Assembly (NCBI RefSeq): GCF_001194135.2
Contig: NC_068992.1
Coordinates: 51,956,716-52,020,715 of the forward strand
Direction of reading: 5' to 3'
Source of the DNA: Octopus bimaculoides
Taxonomy: Eukaryota
DNA length: 64,000 nt
The position numbers were made by a program, and so were the translations under genes. How positions within the stretch are numbered: the stretch's first letter is position 1; every line of letters starts with the position of its first letter. The notes under the pieces are model-generated. The model ran no database searches and was not told where the DNA came from. It worked only from the letters and a program-made list of their open reading frames with translations. Below are positions 28,005-40,866 of this stretch, piece after piece.

Positions 28005-28297
28005 AGCTCATGGCTTAATGGTTAGGGCATTCAATTCACGATCGTAAGTTCAATTCCTGGTGATGCGTTGTGTCCTTGAGCAACATACTTTATTTCACAT
28101 TGCCCCAGTCCACTCAGCTGGCAAAAACGAGTAGTACCTGTATTTCAAAGGGCCAGCCTTGTCACACTCTGTGTCATGCTGAATCTCCCTGAGAACTATG
28201 TTAAGGGTACACGTGTCTGTGGAGTGCTCAGCCACTTGCATGTTAATTTCATGAGCAAGCTATTTTCTGTTGATCGTATTGTTGTAACTGATGGAGA
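28005..28297 (+). mobile_element. tRNA-derived SINE family B (CORE-like), near full length
   Basis: A-box-like tggcttaatgg, B-box-like gttcaattcc, then tgtccttgagcaa...ccagtccactcagctgg; reverse copy at 54860-55218. Confidence 0.85.
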
Positions 28298-28301
28298 GCT
28301 C

Positions 28302-28367
<66 letters not shown>

Positions 28368-29017
28368 CCCCCCCCCCACACACACACAGATATACAGACA
28401 CAAGCGCATATATTCGAGAAATGTGTCAATATTTTGCAACTTCCTATCAAGATGTCAAGAAGTAATACCCAGTCATTAACTTTGTACAAATAAATCTATT
28501 AAGAAAATTTCAGTGCCAAAAATGGAGAACTGTGGATAATGAGATCCTGGCCTTCAAACTAATTTTGATCTACTTCCAATTCCTGTCTCAAAACTAATTT
28601 TCAATAACATGTCAGCAGTTAGAATTGTAGCATGTTGAGTTGATCGCATGGCATGAGATGAAGAGTGACTGGTTCATATAACCAAATCAGTGCTGTATGG
28701 TGTTCTTGTACGATCAGTCTATCTTGATATTAGTAAATGTTATGAGAAAGTAGATCACACTGCAGGAAAGAACAACAGGGAAACTGTGAAAATTAACTGA
28801 ATATTGTGTAACTTTACAGTGTTAGCATAGATCAAATCCTAAAAAGAACTTGCAAGCTAGTAAAATTGCTCAAATGGCAGAAAATATAATAAGAAATATT
28901 ATCAGCTAATCTTGAATCAATGAGATGTCTTTTTATTGAATTAAATGCCTAAGATAATGTCTTTTTATTAAAAGGAATGATGTCTTCATGGTCTCCTGAT
29001 TTTTTTGTGGGGGATTT

Positions 29018-29190
29018 TTTTACTTGTCTCAGATGTTAGACGATTGCCATGCTGGGGCGCTACCTTCAAGAGTTTTAATCCAATGAATCGACTCAAGTCA
29101 TTTAGAATAAGTGCCAGGCTTAATTTGACTAAACATTCTTCAACGTGGTAGCCTAGCATGGCCACAATCTAATAAATGAAGCAAGTAAAA
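29018..29190. mobile_element. Foldback made of two inverted SINE family A 3' tails
   Basis: 29018-29070 and the reverse complement of 29138-29190 both read ttttacttg...ttaga...gccatgct.gg...cc.t.(c/g)aag. Confidence 0.7.
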
Positions 29191-29425
29191 GATAAAAGAT
29201 AAATATATATATATGTATATATATATATATGTATATAGCAAAGAATTACAAATTTGCACGAAGCGTAAAGATACTTAAAAGCATACACCTGCTAGAAATA
29301 AGAGCTAAAGTCTTAATTAAACCACCGTACAGCACCAAGATAAGAGAGAAAAACAGTATGCAAGGAAAATGGAAAGAATTAATACATTCAAAAGCACAAA
29401 ATAAAATATTACTATGTATTGTTAA

Positions 29426-29674
29426 CCCTTTACCTTTATCGTGAGATGTATTGTTAACTCTGATGTGAACATTATTCTGTCAAAAGTAATGCTTAATTAT
29501 CCACATTGATTTGAATTAATCTGCACTATGTTGTAGCTTCAAGATTTTGATGAAGTAACTGTTAATTGTTAGAATGATATTGTAAGGTTGGTTTTAGAGG
29601 CTAGATTTAGCCAGTTTGAACATAAGATGGATGGAACAGTTTGGCTAGATATGGCTGGTTTAAATGCCAAAGGG
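29426..29674. mobile_element. piggyBac-type MITE
   Basis: TTAA at 29422-29425 and 29675-29678 flank CCCTTT...AAAGGG termini; related copy at about 30770-30981. Confidence 0.8.
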
Positions 29675-30230
29675 TTAAAGAAATTCTTCTAACTCATTTT
29701 TGATAATTATAACGTTTATTTATCAAATTAACACAAATCAGTAAAATTTGTAAGAAAGGAGTATAGTTGGGACTAGTAACCCCAAATCTTCTCTGGTGTT
29801 TATTCTATCAATTATGGAAAAAACGAAGAAAGTCAATGCGTAGCAGTCTTAGCAAAATTTGAACTCAGAAAGGAAATGGATATAATGGAATAACCCATGG
29901 CACTTGATGTTTGGCAAGCTGCCATTTCTGTCACTCACTGCCTTTATCTAATTATAACATTTGTGTTAATAAAGACCAACAGATTTTATAATATTCAACT
30001 CTTGCAACTGTTTTCGATCAATCAAAAAAGATTATTGCCTTATCTTCAAATGGGAGAAGATAATACTTCTAAATTCTGACATCGTTGACATAAAACTACA
30101 TAGTTGTTCCAAAATGTGAGTTGAATTGTCCTGATGTCATTACTGGTATTTATATTATTATCATTCGTTGTTGATTGCTTCCAACAGGATTTAACTCATA
30201 CAATTTGTGAAATCAATATATAATGTGTGT

Positions 30231-30445
30231 AAGGCATCATGCTGTCAGAATCATTACTGGATCAGGCAAAATGTTTAGCTGCATTTCATCCATCTTTATG
30301 TTCTGAGTTCAAATTTCACCAAAGTCTACTTTGCCATTTCTCCTTTCGAGTTCAATGAATTAAGTACCAAGTTGATTACTGGGGTTGATGTAATCAATTT
30401 ACTCCTCCCTTGAAATTAGTGGCCTTATGCCAAAATTTGAAAGCA
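30231..30445 (+). mobile_element. SINE family C copy
   Basis: gctgtcagaatcatt...ttctgagttcaaatt...aattaagtaccaag...ggggttgatgtaatc...gccttatgccaaaatttga. Confidence 0.8.
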
Positions 30446-30769
30446 ATATACATTGTATGTACACACTATGGCCAAGTAGCCAAGTGGTTAAAAAACACTG
30501 TTACTCAACTGTGAGGCTTTAAATTCAGTCTCACTGCAGGGCAAGTGATATTTACGACTGTCTCAAATATACCCAGGTCATGTGAGTGACACTGGTTAGA
30601 TAGAAATTGTGTAGAATTCCATCTAATAAACTGCACCTGTTCTTGGACTGTCTATTTTCTTGGATTGATCTGTGAATCCATCTAAGACACAGTTTATTTT
30701 AAGGGAGCAAAAATCTATGGAAGATCCATCTATTTACATTCTCATTCAGTGAGGAGATATTTCCATTGA

Positions 30770-30981
30770 ATGAACGCCATTCAGATTACCCTGTCAAATA
30801 TAATGTTTATTTATTCACATGATTTTGAATTGATCATGCATTACCTTAAAGCTTTGAGTTTTCAATGACATGATTGTATAGTTTTAGAATTTTTGTGTGA
30901 GGCCTGATCTAGCTGGTTTGAACACAAATCAGATAGAACATTTGGGCTGGATAATGGTTGGTTTAAGTGCTGAAGGGTTAA
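30770..30981. mobile_element. Second piggyBac-type MITE copy, left end decayed
   Basis: Internal similarity to 29426-29674 and right end gaagggttaa at 30972-30981. Confidence 0.65.
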
Positions 30982-31219
30982 ATGCCACCATGTTTCAAAC
31001 CACAACTACTTGCATGATACAAAATTTCCCACCTCACATTCAAACACTTATTGCAGCAGTCATTCAATTCTCCTAAGCCCTGTAAAAGAAATTCAACTAG
31101 GCATTTGCAATTCCCTTAAAACCTAGAACTTTTCAGCACTCCCTCATATATATATATNNNNNNNNNNCTCAGATTTATACATATATTACAGTGGTGTTTC
31201 AATTTTCCTAAGCTTTATA

Positions 31220-31300
31220 AAAGAAATCAGGAGGTTGAGTCTGCAACCAGGTCTTTCATGATATCCATAAAGCTAGGAACTTTACAGCAACCTCCTCATA
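31220..31300 (-). mobile_element. Mariner-derived MITE end
   Basis: Reverse complement tatgaggaggttgctgtaaagttcctagc resembles the mariner-type terminus at 6469. Confidence 0.4.
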
Positions 31301-32220
31301 AAAGATAAAAGTTGATTTCCAAAATCAATTGAAACAAAGCCTGCATATTTCGACAGAAATATGGCAATAAATGTGTTAAAAGTACACAGCAAAGACTGAC
31401 AGCAAAATCTACTTATTGGTTTCTGACTTAATCCAGAATAATCCTCTTTATAATTGGTAGGTTTCATTGGAATTATAAAATTCCAAATTTCTTAAAAGTC
31501 TGAATTTTAAGAAATCCAACACATTAATTAAATTAGTTGCTGTAAAAGAAAACTCTATGTTTACTGTTTGATCTCAATAGATTTATTCAATATTTTCTAG
31601 GTTTGCTTATCTTTCAGGTATGATTATAATCTCCATCAGCATCACCAACCATATTTTTAGTTCAATTAAATTGAAAATGAAATATGAAATAGCAGAATAA
31701 AAAAAATAAATAAATAAAAACAAGAAGGAAAAGACATTTAAGTGTGAAATACGAATCAAGTAATGAAAAATATTGTCTTTCCTGTTAGGATTCTGTCTGA
31801 AAGATGAAGAAAGATAACCAATCAAAAGAAAATTCTTAAATGGAATTTGCATATTCTTTGTTAGAGACAAGTCAATAAAATTTACTTATAAAATATTAAA
31901 ATCAAAACTTATTTGTTGGATAAGAAGTTTGAGTATTAAATATTGCTATCTGCACCAATTTGTCTCCAATGCTCTCATCCTGGTTTTCATGATAAAGCTT
32001 TAGAATTTCTCACATGAATGTCACTGAAATATTGTAAAATTTATCTTCATAAACCTACGAGAAAAGAAATAAAAATAGGAAAAAAGAAGGAAAAAATATC
32101 CTTCTTTCAAAGTTGATTTCAAATACCTAAAATTAATTATGAATGATGTAAGAGAATATGAGAGACTGTCTTCTAATTGCTTGCAAGATAATATTTGTTG
32201 CAAAAGTAAATATCTTTTAT

Positions 32221-32425
32221 CTTTCTTGATTCAGTTATTAGACTGTGGCCATGCTGGGGCATCACTTTGAAACATTTTTAGCTGAATGAATCGACAGTAA
32301 TGCTTACTTTTGTTTGTTCAGTTAGATACTCTATCAGTCACCTTTGCTAAAGTGCAAGGTTGCAAGGACATAAACACACCACCACCAGTCGTCAGGCTGT
32401 GATGGGGGACAAATACAGACACAAA
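32221..32425 (-). mobile_element. SINE family A 3' half, diverged
   Basis: gactgtggccatgctggggc...ggacataaacacacc...gggggacaaatacagacac. Confidence 0.75.
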
Positions 32426-32536
32426 GACAAACCCACACACGTTGTTCGAAAATGTTTGTTTTCTATGTTCTTGTTTCTCCTTTTGTTCATGGTTTTCTTG
32501 ATTCCTGTACCCATGTATGCATGCATATATATACAT

Positions 32537-32570
<34 letters not shown>

Positions 32571-33232
32571 GTAGGTACGTACATATATGTATGTATATAT
32601 GCATATATTTATATATTATTTATAGAGAATAGAGTATTCTTTACTCTTAACTGTGAAACAATCGTACTAAATTAACTAAAGGCAGGTGGTTTTTTACTCT
32701 TCTCTACTGNNNNNNNNNNNNNNNNNNNNNNNNNNNNNNNNNNNNNNNNNNNNNNNNNNNNNNNNNNNNNNNNNNNNNNNNNNNNNNNNNNNNNNNNNNN
32801 NNNNNNNNNNNNNNNNNNNNNNNNNNNNNNNNNNNNNNNNNNNNNNNNNNNNNNNNNNNNNNNNNNNNNNNNNNNNNNNNNNNNNNNNNNNNNNNNNNNN
32901 NNNNNNNNNNNNNNNNNNNNNNNNNNNNNNNNNNNNNNNNNNNNNNNNNNNNNNNNNNNNNNNNNNNNNNNNNNNNNNNNNNNNNNNNNNNNNNNNNNNN
33001 NNNNNNNNNNNNNNNNNNNNNNNNNNNNNNNNNNNNNNNNNNNNNNNNNNNNNNNNNNNNNNNNNNNNNNNNNNNNNNNNNNNNNNNNNNNNNNNNNNNN
33101 NNNNNNNNNNNNNNNNNNNNNNNNNNNNNNNNNNNNNNNNNNNNNNNNNNNNNNNNNNNNNNNNNNNNNNNNNNNNNNNNNNNNNNNNNNNNNNNNNNNN
33201 NNNNNNNNNNNNNNNNNNNNNNNNNNNNNNNN

Positions 33233-33265
<33 letters not shown>

Positions 33266-34005
33266 ATGTATGTATGTATGTATAGTTCAAATTTATAGAC
33301 AAACAAAGAGGTGTAGGAACAACAAGCATGTTCATAAAAAATGGAATAGTCTTTTATGTTTTGAGCTTATGCTCTTCTGTAGAAAGGAATAAGAGGAACA
33401 AAAAATACGTAGCTCCAACACACACAAAATGTTTCTATGGGGAACGTGAAGAGTAAGATTTTCATGCTAAAAATACATAGGAAACTTTGATGTTCATGTA
33501 TTTTTCCCAGGAACCAAAACAACATTGCAAATGAAATGAAACAGAAGCTGTTAAAATGTAAACATCCTTCAATGGCATATTGCATACATAACAGAGTGTG
33601 TGTGTGTCTGTGTGTTGCTAGCCACAGTTGCTACGTCAGACATACATGTGTGCATCTAGCTAGCTGCAGTTGTTATGTCAATACAGAACGTTGACATTGA
33701 AAAACCTTTTTAAATATGTTAATCTTATCTAAAGCAATATTATTTATCTTTAATAAAAAAAAATAAACCAAGAATACATTATTGTATCCTGGGTCAAATT
33801 ATTCATGCACCCCAAGTATGAAACCAATTTGTGCAGCAGTTTTCATGTAAAATTCGAACATGCACACACTCACAGGTCATTTTAATATATGAGATAAATT
33901 CCTTCCGTTACACCTGTTCTAATTTGTCTGTCTTTCTACAGTAACACAGACATATGTACACACACACACACATATATGCATGCATACATACATACACATA
34001 CATAC

Positions 34006-34151
34006 TGTTGTGTCGACGCCCCCAAGTGAAGAAGTAGGATCGCCCAAGACATAGAGGTAGTCTGGCCGCGGTAAGAATTGAGTAGCACTCGTGTAGCGGT
34101 TGAGTAGAGATCATCTGAAGGTGCTACATAGCAGTAGCTTGAGACATAACA
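34006..34151. mobile_element. 146-bp solo-LTR-like element (TGTT...AACA)
   Basis: Termini TGTTGTGTC and GACATAACA are an 8/9 inverted match; CATAC on both sides (34001-34005, 34152-34156); interior richer in GC and CpG than flanks. Confidence 0.5.
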
Positions 34152-34977
34152 CATACATACATACATATATATACGTAACCATCCGTACATACATATACAT
34201 GTATGCGCATGTGTGTGTGAATTTTATTTAATTTATAGAAAATGTATAAATGTAAAATATATTTTAATGACAATTTTCATTAATATCAATTAAAACTATA
34301 GTGCATACGTCATGGCAGATATCCTGATTTCTTCTATCAATGAAGAACTGTGATTTCAAAACAACTGAAATTTTTGTAGGTTTCTTAAAGACAAACTGAT
34401 ATTGTCTTCATTGCAGAAACCACAAACAAGAAAGTCATTAATACAAATATTTAAATCTAACAAGTGCAGACACGTTTGTATGTCCTATAGAATCTGAAGA
34501 AATGAGATTAGAAGACAAGTGAAAAGCAGTTGAGGTTTAAGCAATATATTTGACTATAGCGAGCAATTAATTGGATTTTACCATAGCATTGCTATAAGAC
34601 AATTTCGTGTCCTGATGACAAATAAAGCATACATCGTAATAGTCGTTCTCTTCTTCCTCGTCCTCCTTTTCATTTTGAACATCCACTTTCTATGCTTGCA
34701 TCAGTTTCATGGATTTTGTTTGGGGAGCTCTTGTACAGATGGATGCCCGTACTGTCACCAACACTCACGGGCTTCCTAACAAGGTATGAGGAGGGACATA
34801 CTTCCCTGGAAGATTGGAAATGAACGACACTATTTGTGATAGTGGCGCATATTTATAATAATCGAGTGATGTAATGAAAAAGAGACACAAACTGCCACAG
34901 CCACACTCATATGTCTATTTATCACTCACCATATTTCATTTCATAATGGCTACCTCTAAAAAGCTCAGGGTTACATA

Positions 34978-35393
34978 CAGGGGTTGAACAAAATAATGGA
35001 AACACCTAGCATCATAGTATCATAATTTTGAAATATCTATAAAACCATCAAAAGCTTGTTTATTTTTGTGTTTTTTTTTTTATTTATTATTAGTGTTGCT
35101 TAAAATGTTTTGCTAACATTGCTGTTACTTTTCAGATATCATTAGAAAAAGGTAATTAAAATTCATTGAAATGACAGAGCTATCGGACTTTCAAAGAGGT
35201 CAAATTGTTGCTGCTCATATGACAGGCGCTAATGTAACAAAAACAGTTGAAATGTTTGGTATGTCAAGAAGTACTGCTTTGAAAATAATGACAGCCTTTG
35301 AGAAAGAGGGAAATACCTCCTCATAGAAACAAAACTCTTGAAGAAAACCAAAACTTTTAGACAGGGTCCATCAGACTCTTATGCACATTGTTC
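34978..35393 (+). mobile_element. Tc1-type transposon 5' portion with disrupted transposase N-terminus
   Basis: TA then CAGGGGTTGAACAAAATAATGGAAACACC terminus. ATG 35171 gives MTELSDFQRGQIVAAHMTGANVTKTVEMFGMSRSTALKIMTAFEKEG (paired-like HTH), stops follow, truncated by microsatellite/gap. Confidence 0.85.
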
Positions 35394-37225
35394 AATATAT
35401 ATACATATATAATTGCTAAATATATATATGTGTGTATGTGTGTGTGTGTGTGTGTATATGTTTATGCATTTATNNNNNNNNNNNNNNNNNNNNNNNNNNN
35501 NNNNNNNNNNNNNNNNNNNNNNNNNNNNNNNNNNNNNNNNNNNNNNNNNNNNNNNNNNNNNNNNNNNNNNNNNNNNNNNNNNNNNNNNNNNNNNNNNNNN
35601 NNNTATATATATATGTATGTATATATATATATATACGTTTATACATATACATTTAGATCACTATATGTGGATTCAAGTAATCCAGTAGTACTCATAGAAA
35701 AAGCTCTTAATGTGTCATTCTACAAAGCATATAGAATGTATAGTATGATAGAAGAAAAAAACGGTAGGGAGTATAAAGTCATAAATGACAGAGAACCAAA
35801 TGACAGATGGAATCTTATTTAACAGTAAGAAAATTCTAATATCACGTCTATTTTATAACTTAAAAAGATGTAAATAATTTATATACATAAAAACACACGT
35901 GTATGTATATATATATACATATGCATATATGATGGGCTTCTTTCAGTTCCCATCTACAAGATCCACCAACAAAGTTTTACTAGATGATATTTCCCAATAT
36001 TGACGCACAATACAACTGAAACCAAAGCTACGTAGATGGGAAACCAGCTTCTTGATCATGCAAACATGTCTGCGCACTGATAATGGAAATTAGCCCCTCC
36101 TTATAAACCAAACAATAAAAAAAATTATATCCTGCAATCAACAGATACATTTGACCAATCCCAAGCAAAATCAAAGCCATCAGCGTTCCTACAATGACTT
36201 CATAGCAAGATCCATACTTGGACTCATATTGCATTCGTGCATCCATCATATATTGATGCAGCTTCATTTTTTTTTAAAGATTTTTTAAAGATCCCTTCCC
36301 TTCAAACGCTCATACATTGAAATCAATGGCAGTGACTGTTATATGATTGTTCTTTCATTGAGTTATGTAGAGTATAACCTTGTTACATAGAAATTTTGGT
36401 ACACAGTATCAAATTGGATTCAATTTATATGTACACTGGTTATTTACATGTTTCGTCCTCTTCACGTCATTTATATTGTGTCCACTCATCCAGGTTTCAG
36501 ACTAACCACTACACCCAGTTCTTCTTCACATTAATCACCACACATTTTTCTTGCAGCCATAGATTTGCGAATGCTTATGTGGAATAGAAACTATATCAAA
36601 ATCTCAAAGGTCTCAGAGGGCCTGGAAACAAATTACTACAGACCAAACCGATGATATATTATTATCTTATTAATATCTACTTTCCAGCGCTTTCATTGGC
36701 CAGTCAAAGCATACTAACACAGTCTTCTATAGCCAGGTGCTTTTCAAGCAATGTAATATGTACACAAGTTCTTTGAATACAAATCGATCAAAGACTGGAC
36801 ATGTTTCAACAAAAGATGGCAAAATTTGGCAGTCTTTCAATGAATGGTGACATTGCTTACAGTTAGCATGCAAACAAATGCATACACACTCATATGGACA
36901 CAGAAATACACACACATCTAGAAGACTTTTTTGTAGTTTCTATCAACCAAATTCACTCACTAGGCTTTGCTCAACATAGGGGTATAGTAGAACAGTGACC
37001 ATGCGGTACTAAAGTGGGATGAAAACTAAAATCTTGTGATATAAAGTATATATATATATATATATATATGCACGTGTGTGTGAGTGTATGTACACACACA
37101 CACGTGTGTATATACACACTCACACACACGTAGATATATATACATATGTATATGTGTGTATNNNNNNNNNNNNNNNNNNNNNNNNNNNNNNNNNNNNNNN
37201 NNNNNNNNNNNNNNNNNNNNNNNNN

Positions 37226-37269
<44 letters not shown>

Positions 37270-38132
37270 TAAATATATATTATTTATATATAGTAATAAT
37301 ATTAGGGAATAAAAACTTATTCCAACCTTACAGGCAAAAATCGGTATGATATTACATCGTAATATATAATATATATGTATATAACTAATTTAGAGACGAA
37401 CCACCACTCTACAACTCAGTCAACTAAGAACCTGTCCAAAAACATGCTGTGAGGCATATACCGTATCGATATTTATCTAAGATTTCAATCTAAAATTTTA
37501 ATAATATATAATATATCATATAAAGAAACATTCATCATAAAAATATTAATTTAAAAATCAAAATTATAAACAGGACAGTAAAAATTAATACAAATATAAA
37601 GTGTGAAAGTATAAATGTATAAAAGTCAGTGCTAGTACATAGACTATGCGCATTTCATGGATGAAATAGAACTACAGAAAATCATAAGCAAATTCTATCC
37701 AAGTTCAATTAGAACGGGGAAATGATTTTACTCCCAAAATCCGCCACTCTTCAGGTCAAATTCCTAAAAAGAAAATACCTAAAATCATTCAAAGAATAAA
37801 CATAAACATGAGAAATAAAAATATATATAAAGAGAAAAAAAACTGTAAACTAATCCCTACGTTAACGGTATTAATATAATTATTAAGAGTTACAATCTAA
37901 AAATATTGAAAAAGAGTATTATAGTGATCAAGGTTAAAACATTATGGAAGAAGTAAATGATAGTAAAAAAAAATGTGTTAGTGTATAAAGTTAATAAAAG
38001 ACGTATGTCAATATTGTTTAGAAAATTAAAATTAGAAAACATGACTTATCTGCCAGCGATTTACTGTAGATTAAACCAAAATGGGTTAATACCGCAAATG
38101 TAGGAATTAGTTTACAGGTTTTGTCTCTTTAT

Positions 38133-38257
38133 ACCCTAAAACCCTAAACCTAACTGTAATCCTAAAAACTTAACCCTAGCCTTGAAACCCTAGCCCTAGC
38201 CCTAAAACCCTAACTCTAAAACCCTAACCCTAAAACCAAACCCTAACCCTAACCTAG
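38133..38257. repeat. Degenerate interstitial telomere-like (CCCTAA)n tract
   Basis: accctaaaaccctaaacc...ccctagccctagccctaaaaccctaactctaaaaccctaaccctaaaaccaaaccctaaccctaacc. Confidence 0.85.
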
Positions 38258-38276
38258 TGGTCATCCCTTCTTATAC

Positions 38277-38328
<52 letters not shown>

Positions 38329-38579
38329 ATATATATGTGTGTGTGTGTATGTATATGTATATATTTATGTGTATATATATTCACGCACACATATTTTCAC
38401 TCACACATATACACATACATATATATGTGTGTAGGTGTATGTAAATAAGTGCCTCACTGTGTGTATGTGTGTGTGTATGTGAGTGTGTGTGTGTGTATGT
38501 GAGTGTGTGCGTGCGTGTGTGTGTAATTTTTCTTAGATTTGTTCTCTGAAGATTGTCGAGCCATAAGTGTTACCAAGTG

Positions 38580-38619
38580 TTTCTTGGGAGAAGAAATTGC
38601 CATTTCTTCTCCCAAGAAA
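38580..38619. repeat. Perfect 18-bp inverted repeat with 4-nt loop
   Basis: TTTCTTGGGAGAAGAAAT-TGCC-ATTTCTTCTCCCAAGAAA. Confidence 0.97.
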
Positions 38620-39128
38620 TTATCAGTTGACTTTGCTTCTGTTAAGACTCGAGATGAAAGATTTCTTACAGGAAAATCAAATATGAACAAATGATAAGAG
38701 TGCAACCAATTATAAAGCAAGTCCTCACTAACAAATTCCACTAATCCATTCTCACATAGAAAAACAAATGCCCAAATAATTCGTAAAAGGATTGTCATAT
38801 AAAACTCATCCATATTAGCATTTTAACATTAGATTAAGTAAAAACTAAATCAGTTTGCAAAGTATGTCATATAATAAATAATTAATGAGATTTAAAGTGC
38901 AGTGACAGAGAAAGTGAAAGAAAATTTTAACTGTTGCAGAATATTGCTATATATTGGTACATTTGTCTTTCGCATAAAACACATTATACATTACACTTCT
39001 AATGAAATATATTCTCACCAATTACAAATTGTGACATTTCTGATAAAAATACTTTTGCTATCCTTCCTTGTGATATCTAATGTTTTCATCAAATTTTAAA
39101 ATGAAGGAATTTTGACGATAATGAAATT

Positions 39129-39162
<34 letters not shown>

Positions 39163-39434
39163 TGAAAGTGTCTCATACATTGTTTTGCAGAAATCGATAT
39201 ATTTGCCAATGTTAAATAAATTCAAAAATCAAATAATAACTGTTGAAAGAACCATTATCAATGTCAGAGATGGTGATGGATATTTTATTTCAATATATTT
39301 ACGACATGTATTATTATCTATACGTGTGTAATATGTATGTTTATATATCTTTATATCTATATGCATGTGTGTGTGTGTGTATGTGTGTGTGTGTATATGT
39401 GTGTGTGCGTGTGTGTCTACATATATAAATATAT

Positions 39435-39632
39435 ACTCTTTTACTTGTTTCAGTCATTTGACTGCGGCCATGCTGGAGCACCGTCTTTATCCGAGCAAAT
39501 CGACCCCAGGACGTATTCTTTGGAAGCCTAGTACTTATGCTATCGGTTTCTTTTTGTCGAACCGCTATGTTACGAGGACATAAACACACCACCATCGGTT
39601 GTCAAGCGATGTTGGGGGGACAGACACACAAA
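39435..39632 (-). mobile_element. SINE family A 3' half
   Basis: Near-identical to 39838-40030. Confidence 0.9.
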
Positions 39633-39837
39633 CATATACACATGCATATGTACATATATACATAATGTTTTTCTATTTCCTAAATGTTGTCATGTGAAGT
39701 AGTTTTAATTACAATGCTTATGTCATCTGCATAATTAGAGTATATTACTTGAGGTACTAGTCACAATTTGAGTTATTCATCCCACCCTACTATAAAAAGA
39801 TTGGTCAAAGCCCAAACAATGTCAACATCAATTACTC

Positions 39838-40225
39838 TCTTTTTATTTGTTTCAGTCATTTGATTGCAGTCATGCTGGAGCACAGCCTTTGGTCGAGCAA
39901 ATTGACCCCAGGACTTATTCTTTGGAAGCCTAGTACTTATTCTATCGGTCTCTTTTTGCCGAACCGCTAAGTTACGGGGACATAAACACACCAACATCGG
40001 TTGTCAAGCGATGTGGGGGGACAAACACAGACATGCAAACATGCATATATATACATACATAAACATATATACGATGGGCTTCTTTCAGTTTCCGTCTACC
40101 AAATCCACTCACAAGGCACTGGTCGGCCCGAGGCTATAGTAGAAGACACTTGCCCAAGATGACACGCAGTGGGACTGAACCCGGAAACATGTGGTTGGTA
40201 AGCAAGCTACTTACCACACAGCCAC
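39838..40225 (-). mobile_element. Full-length tRNA-derived SINE family A with internal (AT/AC) microsatellite
   Basis: Reverse complement: GTGGCTGTGTGGTAAG head, GGGTTCAGTCCC B-box-like, CTTGGGCAAGTGTCTTC CORE-like segment, microsatellite 40025-40070, tail ...GACTGAAACAAATAAAAAGAG. Resembles described octopus tRNA-derived SINEs; family name not verified. Confidence 0.92.
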
Positions 40226-40819
40226 CCAATGGCTACACTTGATTGTTAAATTTGAATCTATCATTAAATTTGAATATACCCCCATTTTAGTGTTATTTTA
40301 ATGCATGCAATGACTTCATGTGCTACAATGTTTCTTTTCAGGTGATGGTTTCTTAGAGCTTGGATAGCTTTGGACCATTCCATTCAGCAGTCAGCATTAT
40401 TGCCAAAGTGATGGTGGATGGTCTATCTTGTTTTGTTCTAGAGGGGCACAAGCTCTTCAGCTCACATTTTTTTCTTGCATACTCATATTGAATGTTAGTA
40501 TTAAGAGAAGTTTTTGTTTACTGGTAGCAATGTTCTGAAAAACTAAATCACTTTCACAAATTATCTCCCCATAATTCTCTCCCTTAGATATATCATTATC
40601 ATTATTGTCACTGTCGTCATCATCATCATCATCTCCGTCACTATAGTCATCATTGCAGTTATTGTTCTGCCAGACACTAGCGTTTGCGGGTGGAAGTGGT
40701 GGCAGTGTGTCCATTGTCATTGGTTTTGTCACCATATATGCTTTATATTAAAAAATCTGATATGTATGTATGCATCTACCTATCTATATCTACATATATG
40801 TATATCTATATATATATAT

Positions 40820-40866
<47 letters not shown>

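Noticed and set aside
28005-28070. tRNA gene (also at 10185, 13256, 40150, 57540)
   Set aside because: A/B-box-like motifs only; no cloverleaf, and each continues into SINE body sequence
40457-40735. 92-aa minus-strand ORF MVTKPMTMDTLPPLPP...
   Set aside because: Centred on a GAT/AAT low-complexity tract, weak acceptor, no donor or recognisable domain
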